From positions 1 through 41,338 of IMG/VR virus record IMGVR_UViG_3300037313_000552: 41,338 nt of DNA; one strand, written 5' to 3'. The translations under genes were made by a program, and so were the position numbers. The notes beneath the pieces are model-generated. The model did no database searches, had not been told where the DNA came from, and saw only the letters and a program-made list of their open reading frames with translations. Below, piece by piece: positions 1 through 7,489 of this stretch; the first letter of the stretch is position 1; every line of letters starts with the position of its first letter. The stretch comes from a virus. Lineage: Duplodnaviria > Caudoviricetes.

Positions 1-2
1 GC

Positions 3-137
3 GATCGGCAACCATCGCGGGCTCTTGCGATCCACATATTCCGGCAAACGGGGTGGAAGCATTCGTCAATCGCGGACCTGACTGACGAGCAAATCGAGAT
101 TCTTGAGCAAGTCGAGCCGTGGACGAAAGCGGCGTGA
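3..137 (+). CDS. 3' end of Cro-like HTH regulator (partial, runs off window start)
   Basis: Frame 3 reads DRQPSRALAIHIFRQTGWKH...WTKAA*; R-x-P-S-x-x-L-A-x-x-I-x-x-x-T-G is typical of the C-terminal half of Cro-like proteins; first gene of the rightward early operon. Confidence 0.55.
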   Translation, partial: DRQPSRALAIHIFRQTGWKHSSIADLTDEQIEILEQVEPWTKAA

Positions 138-139
138 TG

Positions 140-370
140 TCAGGCGCGCTTTCGGAACGGAATGATCTTTGCCGAACTGGCGGGAACACTCTCGCTAGCA
201 AGGTAGGCATTGATGGCGATTGCGGAGTTCTCGAAATTCCGCAGGAAGGTCGCGACCGGAATCGCTCTGTCAAATCCGAGCGACGGATCGGTGACGATGA
301 ACACGCCGTCACGGTACGCAAACTCACAAGGCTGCTCACAGACGAGCGTGGCCGCATTCGACTGACCCAT
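140..370 (-). CDS. Small hypothetical protein antisense to the early operon
   Basis: ATG at 370 preceded by GGGAACGAGA; protein-like composition ending KIIPFRKRA; fills the gap between cro and the methyltransferase. Confidence 0.55.
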   Translation of the reverse strand: MGQSNAATLVCEQPCEFAYRDGVFIVTDPSLGFDRAIPVATFLRNFENSAIAINAYLASESVPASSAKIIPFRKRA

Positions 371-481
371 ATTCTCGTTCCCCACTCGCCCGAAACAACC
401 GGGCGATTCGGAAACATCATTGCCGCAAGATTACAACCGGCTGAACAAACCTCGTTACTAATTGAAACTCCATCATTTTCC

Positions 482-546
482 GCATGGCCTTCTCCTGCCA
501 TGCAGTGGATGGGTGGCATTACTTGCCCCGTGTGCCACCCATCTTC
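482..546 (+). terminator. Tandem hairpins, tR1-like terminator
   Basis: GCATGGC/GCCATGC (482-503) and perfect 11-bp GATGGGTGGCA/TGCCACCCATC (508-543) followed by TTC. Confidence 0.45.
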
Positions 547-564
547 GCCACCCGGAATCCGCTG

Positions 565-1008
565 ATGAGCGGCGGGGGAAACATTCACTTTAGCAGCGCG
601 ACAGACCTGTGGGCCACACCGCAGGACTTCTTCGATCGCCTGAACGTGAAGTTCGGCTTTACGCTGGACGTTTGCGCGACCGCTGAGAACGCCAAGTGCG
701 CTCGATTCTACACCTCTGCCGATGATGGGCTTTCGCAGCCTTGGGCGGGCGTCTGCTGGATGAACCCGCCCTATGGCCGCGAGATCGGCAAATGGATGCG
801 GAAGGCATACGAAAGCAGCCTTCGCGGCGCAACTGTCGTGTGCCTCGTGCCCGCCCGCACGGACACGAATTGGTGGCACGACTACGCGATGCGCGGCGAG
901 GTTGAGTTCGTCCGTGGCCGCCTGAAATTCGGCGATCGCAAGAAGGACGCGCCGTTTCCCTGTGCTGTCGTCGTGTTCCGCCATCAAGCGATCGCGAGGG
1001 CTGCATAG
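565..1008 (+). CDS. Phage DNA N6-adenine methyltransferase (Dam-like phage family)
   Basis: W-x-TP (DLWATPQ), F-x-LD-x-C-A, WMNPPY catalytic motif, LVPARTDT-x-WW, RGRLKF; ATG at 565 preferred over 484. Confidence 0.92.
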   Translation: MSGGGNIHFSSATDLWATPQDFFDRLNVKFGFTLDVCATAENAKCARFYTSADDGLSQPWAGVCWMNPPYGREIGKWMRKAYESSLRGATVVCLVPARTDTNWWHDYAMRGEVEFVRGRLKFGDRKKDAPFPCAVVVFRHQAIARAA

Positions 1009-1314
1009 ATGCCCGCTCTCTACACCGCTCTCGCAATCCTCGGCTGGCTCGCCTTCTGCGCTCTCATCGCATGGTTTGCCGGTAGTGTTCTCGATTACGC
1101 GGCCAAGGTCCACGAGAACCGTGCGCGCGAGTTCGCCAATGCTGATTGCCGCATCTGTGGTGAGGTCGTCAACGTCCCCCAGGAGATGCGGCCCGCCCGA
1201 CGCTTTCAAGCGATGGGGGGAACGATCGCTGCCGAGCTCAGCGAGCGGGCCGATACGCACTCTACACATTCTGTTCTTCTTTCCGGTCCTCTTAGCGGGA
1301 CGGGTCGGTTGTAA
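1009..1314 (+). CDS. Hypothetical membrane-anchored protein
   Basis: N-terminal hydrophobic helix, CxxC; abuts both neighbours. Confidence 0.6.
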   Translation: MPALYTALAILGWLAFCALIAWFAGSVLDYAAKVHENRAREFANADCRICGEVVNVPQEMRPARRFQAMGGTIAAELSERADTHSTHSVLLSGPLSGTGRL

Positions 1315-1664
1315 TGAACGCCAGTTTAACAAGCGAGCCGCAGGTGTGCGGTGTTAGCATCTTCTCGAAGCGTCACGCCGCCGTGCTGGCCGACATTGGC
1401 GCGGCGCTTCTCATCATCAAAACTCAGCGCGGTCTCACTCTCGTCGAGATGGGTGAGGACATCCGCAAGAGCGACGACACGATTGCTCGCTATATCGCTG
1501 GCGAAAAGGAGATGGGTGTCGTCACTTGGCTGCGCGCCTGCGAGATCTATCCCGAGCTTCCTGATTTGATTGTGGAAGCCGAGCGCCGCCGACTGGCCGA
1601 GCAGCCCGCGAAATACAGAGCAGCAATGGCCGAGACCGGCCAGCCGGTGGGTAAAGCTGCATGA
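1314..1664 (+). CDS. HTH regulator, CII-position
   Basis: GLTLVEMGEDIRKSDDTIARYIAGEKEM is XRE/CII-like HTH; translationally coupled. Confidence 0.7.
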   Translation: MNASLTSEPQVCGVSIFSKRHAAVLADIGAALLIIKTQRGLTLVEMGEDIRKSDDTIARYIAGEKEMGVVTWLRACEIYPELPDLIVEAERRRLAEQPAKYRAAMAETGQPVGKAA

Positions 1665-2134
1665 GCGTCTATTTCATCAGCATCCGCGAACTCGACTTCG
1701 TAAAGATCGGGTATGCGTCCAACCCGCTTTATCGCTTGCGTGGGCTACAAGTTTCGACGCCGCTCGACCTCACTCTTGAGGGCGCGATTCCTGGTGGTCG
1801 CGAGAAAGAGGCTGAACTTCACAAGAAGTTCGCCTTGGCAAGAGTTCGCGGCGAGTGGTTCAAGCTAACGCCAGAGCTTCAAACCGAGATCAGCAAGAGC
1901 ACTCGGCCTGAGAGATACACGGTCGCGGCCGTTCGCAAGTGGATCAGGAAACTGGCTGAGGCTGACGAAGCCGCAGAGCGCAGAGAAGTCCCGCCTGAAA
2001 TCGAGATGAAAATCAATCAGGTCGTCCAAGATCGCTTGGACACTGCCGCTCGCCGTCGCCGCATGACTGAGCTCGAACGGCTCGAAGCTGACGGCCACAT
2101 CTTTTTCCCGTTCCGCGTGAAGGAGGAAGCATGA
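1661..2134 (+). CDS. GIY-YIG-like (T5orf172/MUG113) domain protein
   Basis: VYFI...VKIGYASNP..RL..LQ...E.ELH.KF...RVRGEWF signature. Confidence 0.85.
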   Translation: MSVYFISIRELDFVKIGYASNPLYRLRGLQVSTPLDLTLEGAIPGGREKEAELHKKFALARVRGEWFKLTPELQTEISKSTRPERYTVAAVRKWIRKLAEADEAAERREVPPEIEMKINQVVQDRLDTAARRRRMTELERLEADGHIFFPFRVKEEA

Positions 2135-2319
2135 CCCTCCGCACCTTCATCTTCCTCCTTCGCCACAAGCACTCCTGTAACCGCACAATCGCAAGCGCTC
2201 GTGAGCTAGCGTGTGAAGCATTGGCTCATGATGTCGAAAAGCGGCGCAATAGCTTTGAGGTTCAGGATTACCGGAAGCGCCGTGAGGCTGCGCTGAAGCG
2301 GACGCGGGGGCTGGCGTGA
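2131..2319 (+). CDS. Hypothetical protein
   Basis: ATGA/GTGA overlaps at both ends; GGAGG upstream. Confidence 0.65.
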   Translation: MTLRTFIFLLRHKHSCNRTIASARELACEALAHDVEKRRNSFEVQDYRKRREAALKRTRGLA

Positions 2320-3551
2320 GGTATCTCAGCGTCTGCTCTGGCATCGAAGCCGCAACCGTCGCCTGGCATCAGCTCGGATGGACCCCGGCTGCGTTCAGCG
2401 AAATCGAGGCATTCCCGCGCGCCGTTCTGGCTCATCACTATCCCGATGTGCCGTGCCACGGCGACTTTACCACAATCGGAGCCGATGAGTATGGCCCAAT
2501 TGACCTTCTTGTCGGAGGAACCCCCTGCCAATCCTTCAGCGTTGCGGGCCTCCGAGGAGGCTTGGGTGACGATCGCGGCAACCTGGCCCTCGAATATCTT
2601 AGGTTGGCTGACCGCAAACGGCCCAGGTGGCTGGTTTGGGAGAACGTCCCCGGCGTCCTGTCATCGAATGGAGGACGGGACTTTGGTGCCATTCTCGGGG
2701 GCATGGTCGAACTCGGGTATAGCTTCGCCTACCGAGTGCTTGACGCTCAGTTCTTTGGAGTTCCGCAGCGCCGCCGTCGCGTCTTCGTTGTCGGACATCT
2801 TGGAGACTGGCGACGTGCCACAGCGGTTCTATTTGAGTGCCACAGCCTGTCGGGGAATCCTGCGCCGCGCCGTCAACCGAGGGAAAGAATTGCCCCCACA
2901 ATTAGCGCACGCCCTTCAGGCGGCGGCGGGCTTGGAACCGACTTCGACTGCGACGGCGGACTCATCGAACAATGGTGGGACGGAGGAGATACCGCCACAA
3001 GCCTGACTACGCGCAGCAATGACCAAGCCATGCCTGACAAGGGCAACTTCGCAGCGATCGTCTCAGCTACGGTTACTAGCAAGTGGGCCAAGGGCAGCGG
3101 CGGTCCTGCCGGAGCCGAGTGCGGCAATCTCGTCGCCATTCAGAGTGTCAACACGCCACGAGAGAAGGCGCAGAACGGCATCGGCGTAAGCGACAGCGGG
3201 CAGATGTATTCACTGACAGCCCGCGACCAACACGCCGTCTGTTTCGCTCAAAACAGCCGCGATGAAGTGCGCGAAATGCCTTACGCGGGCGCCCTCGCTG
3301 CCGAGCCGGGCATGAAGCAGCAAAGCTACATCCGCCTAGCCTCGGCCGTCCGCCGCCTCACTCCTCGGGAATGCGAACGCCTACAAGGCTTCCCCGACGA
3401 TTACACCGCCGTTCCCTATCGCGGAAAACCGGCTTCCGATGGGCCGCGATACAAGGCGCTCGGCAATTCGATGGCAGTTCCGGTCATGCGCTGGATCGGT
3501 GAGCGGATCGCGATGGTCGAAGCGCTTCAGTCGCAAAGCCTCGCGGCATGA
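2316..3551 (+). CDS. DNA (cytosine-5) methyltransferase
   Basis: Motif I (SVCSGIEA), IV (GGTPCQSFS), VI (WENVPG), VIII (PQRRRRVF), IX (RRLTPRECERLQGFPD), X (YKALGNSMAVPV). Confidence 0.95.
   Translation: MRYLSVCSGIEAATVAWHQLGWTPAAFSEIEAFPRAVLAHHYPDVPCHGDFTTIGADEYGPIDLLVGGTPCQSFSVAGLRGGLGDDRGNLALEYLRLADRKRPRWLVWENVPGVLSSNGGRDFGAILGGMVELGYSFAYRVLDAQFFGVPQRRRRVFVVGHLGDWRRATAVLFECHSLSGNPAPRRQPRERIAPTISARPSGGGGLGTDFDCDGGLIEQWWDGGDTATSLTTRSNDQAMPDKGNFAAIVSATVTSKWAKGSGGPAGAECGNLVAIQSVNTPREKAQNGIGVSDSGQMYSLTARDQHAVCFAQNSRDEVREMPYAGALAAEPGMKQQSYIRLASAVRRLTPRECERLQGFPDDYTAVPYRGKPASDGPRYKALGNSMAVPVMRWIGERIAMVEALQSQSLAA
2491..3006 (+). CDS. Alternative-frame gene nested in the C5 methyltransferase (EcoHK31I beta-like polypeptide)
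   Basis: Open +1 frame 2446-3006; GGAG at 2478-2481 then ATG at 2485/2491; contains WSNSG...SLSDILETGDVPQRFYLS..AC.GILRRA..RGK.LP. Confidence 0.7.
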   Translation: MAQLTFLSEEPPANPSALRASEEAWVTIAATWPSNILGWLTANGPGGWFGRTSPASCHRMEDGTLVPFSGAWSNSGIASPTECLTLSSLEFRSAAVASSLSDILETGDVPQRFYLSATACRGILRRAVNRGKELPPQLAHALQAAAGLEPTSTATADSSNNGGTEEIPPQA

Positions 3552-4405
3552 CACCCCCACAAACCCAAACACCTCCAGAGTCGCTCGGCAAGCGAGCTTG
3601 GACCGACGATGAAATAGCGCTGCTTAAGAGCGCATACGAAAATGCGACATGCGCCGACGATCTCGGCTTGGACGATCTGGCCGCCAAGTTCGGAAGGCAT
3701 AAGTCCAATGTGTCCCGCAAAGCGCGGGCGCTCGGCCTTACCGATAAAAGCCGTCGATATAAGAAGGTTCGCAAGGATCGCCGAAAATTCAAAGGCGACA
3801 CCAATGCTCTTCGGGAACATCTGTCTGCCAGCATCAAGGACAGAATCGCCAAGAACGGCCACCCACGCGGCATGGCTGGCAAGAAGCACACCGCTCAAGC
3901 CCGGCAAGCCATCAGCGAGAAGTCCAAAGAGTTTTGGGCCGGCCTCACCCAAGCGCAGCGCGATGATCTGCAAAACAAGATGCATCGGTCAATTCGCGAA
4001 AACGGACCTCCGAAGGTCGCCCGAGGCACATGGAAAGCCGACTGGCGGACGATTGGCGGTAAACGCAATTATTATCGCTCGCGGTGGGAAGCGAACTACG
4101 CTCGCTGGCTCGAATATCTCAAGCAGTGCGGTGATATCATTGATTGGGAGCACGAGCCGAAAGTCTTTTGGTTCGAGAAGATCCTTCGCGGCGTGCGCTC
4201 CTATAAGCCAGACTTTTGCGTTCAGGATCGCGACGGCGAGATAACTTGGCATGAGGTCAAGGGGTGGATGGACGCGCGCAGCGTCACGGCCCTCAAACGC
4301 TTCGCCAAATACTACCCCGATGAAATCCTGATCCTGGTTCGGGAGCGTCAAATTCGCGCGCTCGGAAAGAACCACGCAGCCTTTATCGACGGGTGGGAAA
4401 TATGA
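3548..4405 (+). CDS. PD-(D/E)XK endonuclease (DUF1064/TnsA-like) with N-terminal HTH and NUMOD3-like motif
   Basis: RSRWEANYA, YKPDF, HEVKGW catalytic pattern; GMAGKKHTAQARQAISE resembles NUMOD3; WTDDEIALL..LAAKFGR HTH. Confidence 0.8.
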   Translation: MTPPQTQTPPESLGKRAWTDDEIALLKSAYENATCADDLGLDDLAAKFGRHKSNVSRKARALGLTDKSRRYKKVRKDRRKFKGDTNALREHLSASIKDRIAKNGHPRGMAGKKHTAQARQAISEKSKEFWAGLTQAQRDDLQNKMHRSIRENGPPKVARGTWKADWRTIGGKRNYYRSRWEANYARWLEYLKQCGDIIDWEHEPKVFWFEKILRGVRSYKPDFCVQDRDGEITWHEVKGWMDARSVTALKRFAKYYPDEILILVRERQIRALGKNHAAFIDGWEI

Positions 4406-4454
4406 CCTGCGCCGATCGCTGCGAGCGCGGCAAGCTCATCGTGAGGATAAGTTG

Positions 4455-4613
4455 ATGGCCTCTGCCTTCACGTTCAAAACGCTCGCCGAACAGCGCTTGG
4501 AATATCTCGAAAGCCTGCGCCGTCCGCTGACCGAGGCGGAAAGCGAAGAGCTGAGGCGATCTCTTCACGCAGTCTATGTCCGCAATCGCCGGCTGGCGAG
4601 GGAGGCGGCATGA
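4455..4613 (+). CDS. Hypothetical protein (52 aa, MASAFTFKTLAEQRLEYL...)
   Basis: GAGGA upstream; ATGA overlap with next gene; below ORF-track cutoff. Confidence 0.6.
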   Translation: MASAFTFKTLAEQRLEYLESLRRPLTEAESEELRRSLHAVYVRNRRLAREAA

Positions 4614-4774
4614 AGCGCTACGTCCTCACCGATGCTGACCGCGAGAAAGGCATCCACGTCCGCCGCGAGGGCTACGAGGCGCGGCAGATGCGCCGCCGCG
4701 GCGAATTGGCGCTGCTCAACAGGCTTATGGCCGAATTGGCAATGCCCGAAATGTATCCGGAGGAGCGCCCGTGA
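4610..4774 (+). CDS. Hypothetical protein (54 aa, MKRYVLTDADREKG...)
   Basis: GGAGG RBS; ATGA and GTGA coupling. Confidence 0.6.
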   Translation: MKRYVLTDADREKGIHVRREGYEARQMRRRGELALLNRLMAELAMPEMYPEERP

Positions 4775-4932
4775 GCTGGCGTTTCTATCCCCTAGCAGAC
4801 TGCATCTCCGAAGGCATCCTCGTTGGCGAGGGTAAAGGCGGTCCCAAGCCGAAGGTCGCTGAGTTTCTGACGCTGGAAGAGGCGAAGGCTCGCGCCGACG
4901 CCAAGCGGACGCGGAAGGCGATCGCGCGGTGA
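4771..4932 (+). CDS. Hypothetical protein (53 aa, MSWRFYPLADCISEG...)
   Basis: GGAGG RBS; GTGA coupling both ends. Confidence 0.6.
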   Translation: MSWRFYPLADCISEGILVGEGKGGPKPKVAEFLTLEEAKARADAKRTRKAIAR

Positions 4933-5465
4933 ACCGCATAACCGGAGACATGATCCGACGCATCGCCGCTCTCGGGCTGGAAGACATGTCCATGCTCGTA
5001 AAAGCTGCTGAGTTTGTAGAGTTGCGGCCGAATGGCCTGCATGAGCTGCACTGCATTCTCAGCGGCTTTGAGGCTCCTGGCTCTACACCCTTCAACGAGG
5101 CATTTCCACTCTTGATGAATGCGCTCGTACCAGAGCGCCGCGAGGCAGCAAATGACAGAACCCGGCGCTTCAATTCATCCGTGAAGGCCAAGCTTTATGC
5201 CGCCATTTGCGAGCGCGACGGAGAATGGTGTGCTGAATGCAAATGCGCGCCTTGCACCATTTGGAGGCGCAACGGCACATGTAGTTCCTCATCCTACGGG
5301 AGCTACCCGCATACGATAGTCTATCCTACACCAAACCTTGAGATAGACCACCGGACACCTCTTTGGGCCGGAGGATCAAACGAATTAGATAATCTCTGGC
5401 TTCTCTGCATAGAGTGCCACAAGGCAAAGACCGCAAATGAAGCGTCTCAGCGGAGGCGCGCGTGA
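4929..5465 (+). CDS. HNH endonuclease
   Basis: RDGEWCAEC...LEIDHRTPLWAGGSNELDNLWLLCIECHKAKT. Confidence 0.88.
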   Translation: MNRITGDMIRRIAALGLEDMSMLVKAAEFVELRPNGLHELHCILSGFEAPGSTPFNEAFPLLMNALVPERREAANDRTRRFNSSVKAKLYAAICERDGEWCAECKCAPCTIWRRNGTCSSSSYGSYPHTIVYPTPNLEIDHRTPLWAGGSNELDNLWLLCIECHKAKTANEASQRRRA

Positions 5466-6076
5466 GGTCTGCGCAGGCCGTCATGGCGGATCTAGCCGCT
5501 GCTGGTCTCACTGCTGAGCAGTTGGCGCTTGTTATGGAGCTGTCGGCTACGGTGGCCGCGGAAGCTCGCCCCGCAATCGACAAGGCCGCAGAGAACAAGC
5601 GCGCATATGACAGAGAGTATCGTCGCGCGAATCGTAAGAATCGTACGACATCGTACGAAATCAACGAGAAGAACGACCCCCCCTCAGGTTCCCCCAAAGA
5701 TATAAATCAAACCCCCTCCTCACCCCCCGTTGATGTTTCGGAAGCTGAAGCTTCCTCACATCAACCGCGCCCGTGGGCTTTGCCGGTCGGGGTGAGCCTT
5801 CAGGTTTGGACCGACTTCCTTGCCAACCGGAAGCGCAAGCGGCTCGGCACCACGCCGACAGCCTGGAAAGCCTTCAACGACGACCTGAAGCGCATCTCCT
5901 CTCAAACGGGGATTCCGCCGCCGAAGCTGATCGAGATGTGCACGGCCAAGGGCTGGGGAGCGATTTACGATCCGAGGACTGAAGATGAGCGACGACCTAA
6001 CACCCTGGGAAGACATCAACCCGCCGATGGCCTCAGCAACACGGCACGAGCCGCCTTGCAGGTCTTCGGTCGATGA
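5462..6076 (+). CDS. Phage replication initiator / replisome organizer
   Basis: N-terminal helical region, basic RAYDREYRR stretch, Pro-rich linker, C-terminal W.DF...RK...KGW.AIY domain; internal iterons. Confidence 0.75.
   Translation: MRSAQAVMADLAAAGLTAEQLALVMELSATVAAEARPAIDKAAENKRAYDREYRRANRKNRTTSYEINEKNDPPSGSPKDINQTPSSPPVDVSEAEASSHQPRPWALPVGVSLQVWTDFLANRKRKRLGTTPTAWKAFNDDLKRISSQTGIPPPKLIEMCTAKGWGAIYDPRTEDERRPNTLGRHQPADGLSNTARAALQVFGR
5619..5730. repeat. Putative replication origin iterons
   Basis: ATCGTAAGA (5631), ATCGTACGA (5640), ATCGTACGA (5650), ATCAACGA (5660) at ~10-bp spacing, then AT-rich AAAGATATAAATCAAA flanked by C-runs, inside the initiator gene. Confidence 0.65.
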
Positions 6077-6458
6077 GGAAACGCGAACGGTGTTTCGCAA
6101 TGAGCTGACCGCCTGCCTAGCCCTGACCGCGCCAGTCGGAATGACGGAGGAGAACCGCCGCGACTGGCTCATGGTGGCTTGGGATACGCTCAAGCACATT
6201 CCACCAGATATTCTGGCGATTGGCGCCAGCGCAGCCCGCAAGAAATGCGATCACCCCTGCAAGATCGTGCCGACGATCATTGCCGAGACTGAGCAGATGA
6301 TGAACTGGCGAGAGCCCAAGCGGAGCACCGGAGGGGTAGGTTACTACCTGCCGCCGCCAGATGAAAACTACTGCACACAAGAAGAGGCGCGGAAGATCCT
6401 CAGCGAGTTCGGGTTCAAGCGCAATCCGCTCGACATCTCACCCACCGGAGGAAGGTAA
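5985..6458 (+). CDS. Replication accessory protein (helicase-loader position)
   Basis: GAGGA RBS before 5985; follows and overlaps initiator gene as lambda P follows O. Confidence 0.65.
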   Translation: MSDDLTPWEDINPPMASATRHEPPCRSSVDEETRTVFRNELTACLALTAPVGMTEENRRDWLMVAWDTLKHIPPDILAIGASAARKKCDHPCKIVPTIIAETEQMMNWREPKRSTGGVGYYLPPPDENYCTQEEARKILSEFGFKRNPLDISPTGGR

Positions 6459-6586
6459 TGGCGTCTCGGATCTTCAAGTCGCTCGGCGTGAACTACCTCT
6501 GGGGAATCGCCAATTTCACCTTCGGCGTTGTTGCCGGAGGGATTTACGTTGCGGTTGCGCTCATCGCTGCCGGTTTGGCTAGGTGA
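6458..6586 (+). CDS. Small membrane protein (42 aa)
   Basis: MASRIFKSLGVNYLWGIANFTFGVVAGGIYVAVALIAAGLAR; GGAGG RBS; TAATG overlap. Confidence 0.6.
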   Translation: MASRIFKSLGVNYLWGIANFTFGVVAGGIYVAVALIAAGLAR

Positions 6587-6607
6587 TCTAACGAGAGGGT
6601 GGGGAAC

Positions 6608-7264
6608 ATGGGACGCAAGAAAACGCCAGGCTCTCGCTCAGCGGGCGGGCGCAAGAAGAAACCAAGCACGACAGCCCTGCGTGCCAAATGGGACTATGGC
6701 AATGAGCGATGCGTGGCCCGCCTTGAGCGGTTCCGGCATAGAGAAATCCTAGACGGCAAAGCGGCGTGGATCGATATATTCGACGGCGTTGGACAGCTCC
6801 ACGCGATCGGAATGCTCGAAGGCCACGGTCTCGACGGCAAGCTGCTGAGAGAAGCCGGCCGCGACTACATCGGGCTCTATAACTATCAGTTCATCGACCT
6901 TCTGCCCAAGGGTTCTGATCTGGAACGCGCTTACGGCGGACGCGGAGGAAGCGGGAAGAGCGATCTAATCCCACCTGCAACCAGGCGGGAGATCCGCTTC
7001 GCTCAGCTCGACGCGCTGCTGCCCACTGGATCTGATGAGCGCCGCTGGACGCATAAGCTCCTGCTCGACCACTTTGGTCTGGATACCGTGCACCCGGTAA
7101 TTGATCGGCTGGTGAACTACCGCTTCGCGCAATGGAAGTTGCCGGTCGTCGGCTTCGTCGCCGTCGCAGACGATTTCCAGATTTTGGGATGCTTCCTGCG
7201 CGGTCTGTTCGCGTTGGCAGACGGTTCTCTGCCTGGTCGCGAGCGATTTCGGATCGCAGCCTAG
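6608..7264 (+). CDS. Putative late-gene regulator (Q position)
   Basis: Last early gene before a promoter-bearing intergenic region and the packaging genes; function from position only. Confidence 0.6.
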   Translation: MGRKKTPGSRSAGGRKKKPSTTALRAKWDYGNERCVARLERFRHREILDGKAAWIDIFDGVGQLHAIGMLEGHGLDGKLLREAGRDYIGLYNYQFIDLLPKGSDLERAYGGRGGSGKSDLIPPATRREIRFAQLDALLPTGSDERRWTHKLLLDHFGLDTVHPVIDRLVNYRFAQWKLPVVGFVAVADDFQILGCFLRGLFALADGSLPGRERFRIAA

Positions 7265-7289
7265 GGAACGAAAACATATTTTGCGCGTT
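7265..7289 (+). promoter_or_regulatory. sigma-EcfG (sigmaT/RpoE2)-type promoter motif
   Basis: GGAAC-gaaaacatattttgcg-CGTT, exact GGAAC-N16-CGTT, intergenic. Confidence 0.5.
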
Positions 7290-7302
7290 GCCGCATGAGC
7301 GC

Positions 7303-7331
7303 TAGACAGCGGCAACAGACTGTGATATGCC
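7303..7331 (+). promoter_or_regulatory. Candidate late promoter (pR'-like)
   Basis: TAGACA-N17-TATGCC with TG extended -10; -35 flanked by inverted repeat GTTGCCGC/GCGGCAAC. Confidence 0.45.
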
Positions 7332-7340
7332 GCGCTCTCT

Positions 7341-7374
7341 AGACTAGGCGAATTGCGCCTACAAAGTCTTTCTT
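7341..7374 (+). terminator. Promoter-proximal hairpin plus T-rich tail (tR'-like)
   Basis: AGACT-AGGCG-aattg-CGCCT-acaa-AGTCT-TTCTT. Confidence 0.4.
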
Positions 7375-7489
7375 GCGCCGACCTCCTTCCCGGCGCGACC
7401 TCCCGGCCAGCAGCCTCTCAAAGTCGAGCGTACAGCAACCGCGACAATGACGCGCAACCGCTGGCCGGATTCATTCAAGGGACGCGCCA

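Noticed and set aside
2517-2543. GGAAC...CGTT motif inside the methyltransferase
   Set aside because: Spacer is 18 nt and it lies in doubly coding sequence; likely chance
3642-4244. 200-aa alternative-frame ORF inside the PD-(D/E)XK nuclease
   Set aside because: Ser/Arg/Pro-rich, no RBS or recognisable motif, unlike the nested ORF in the methyltransferase
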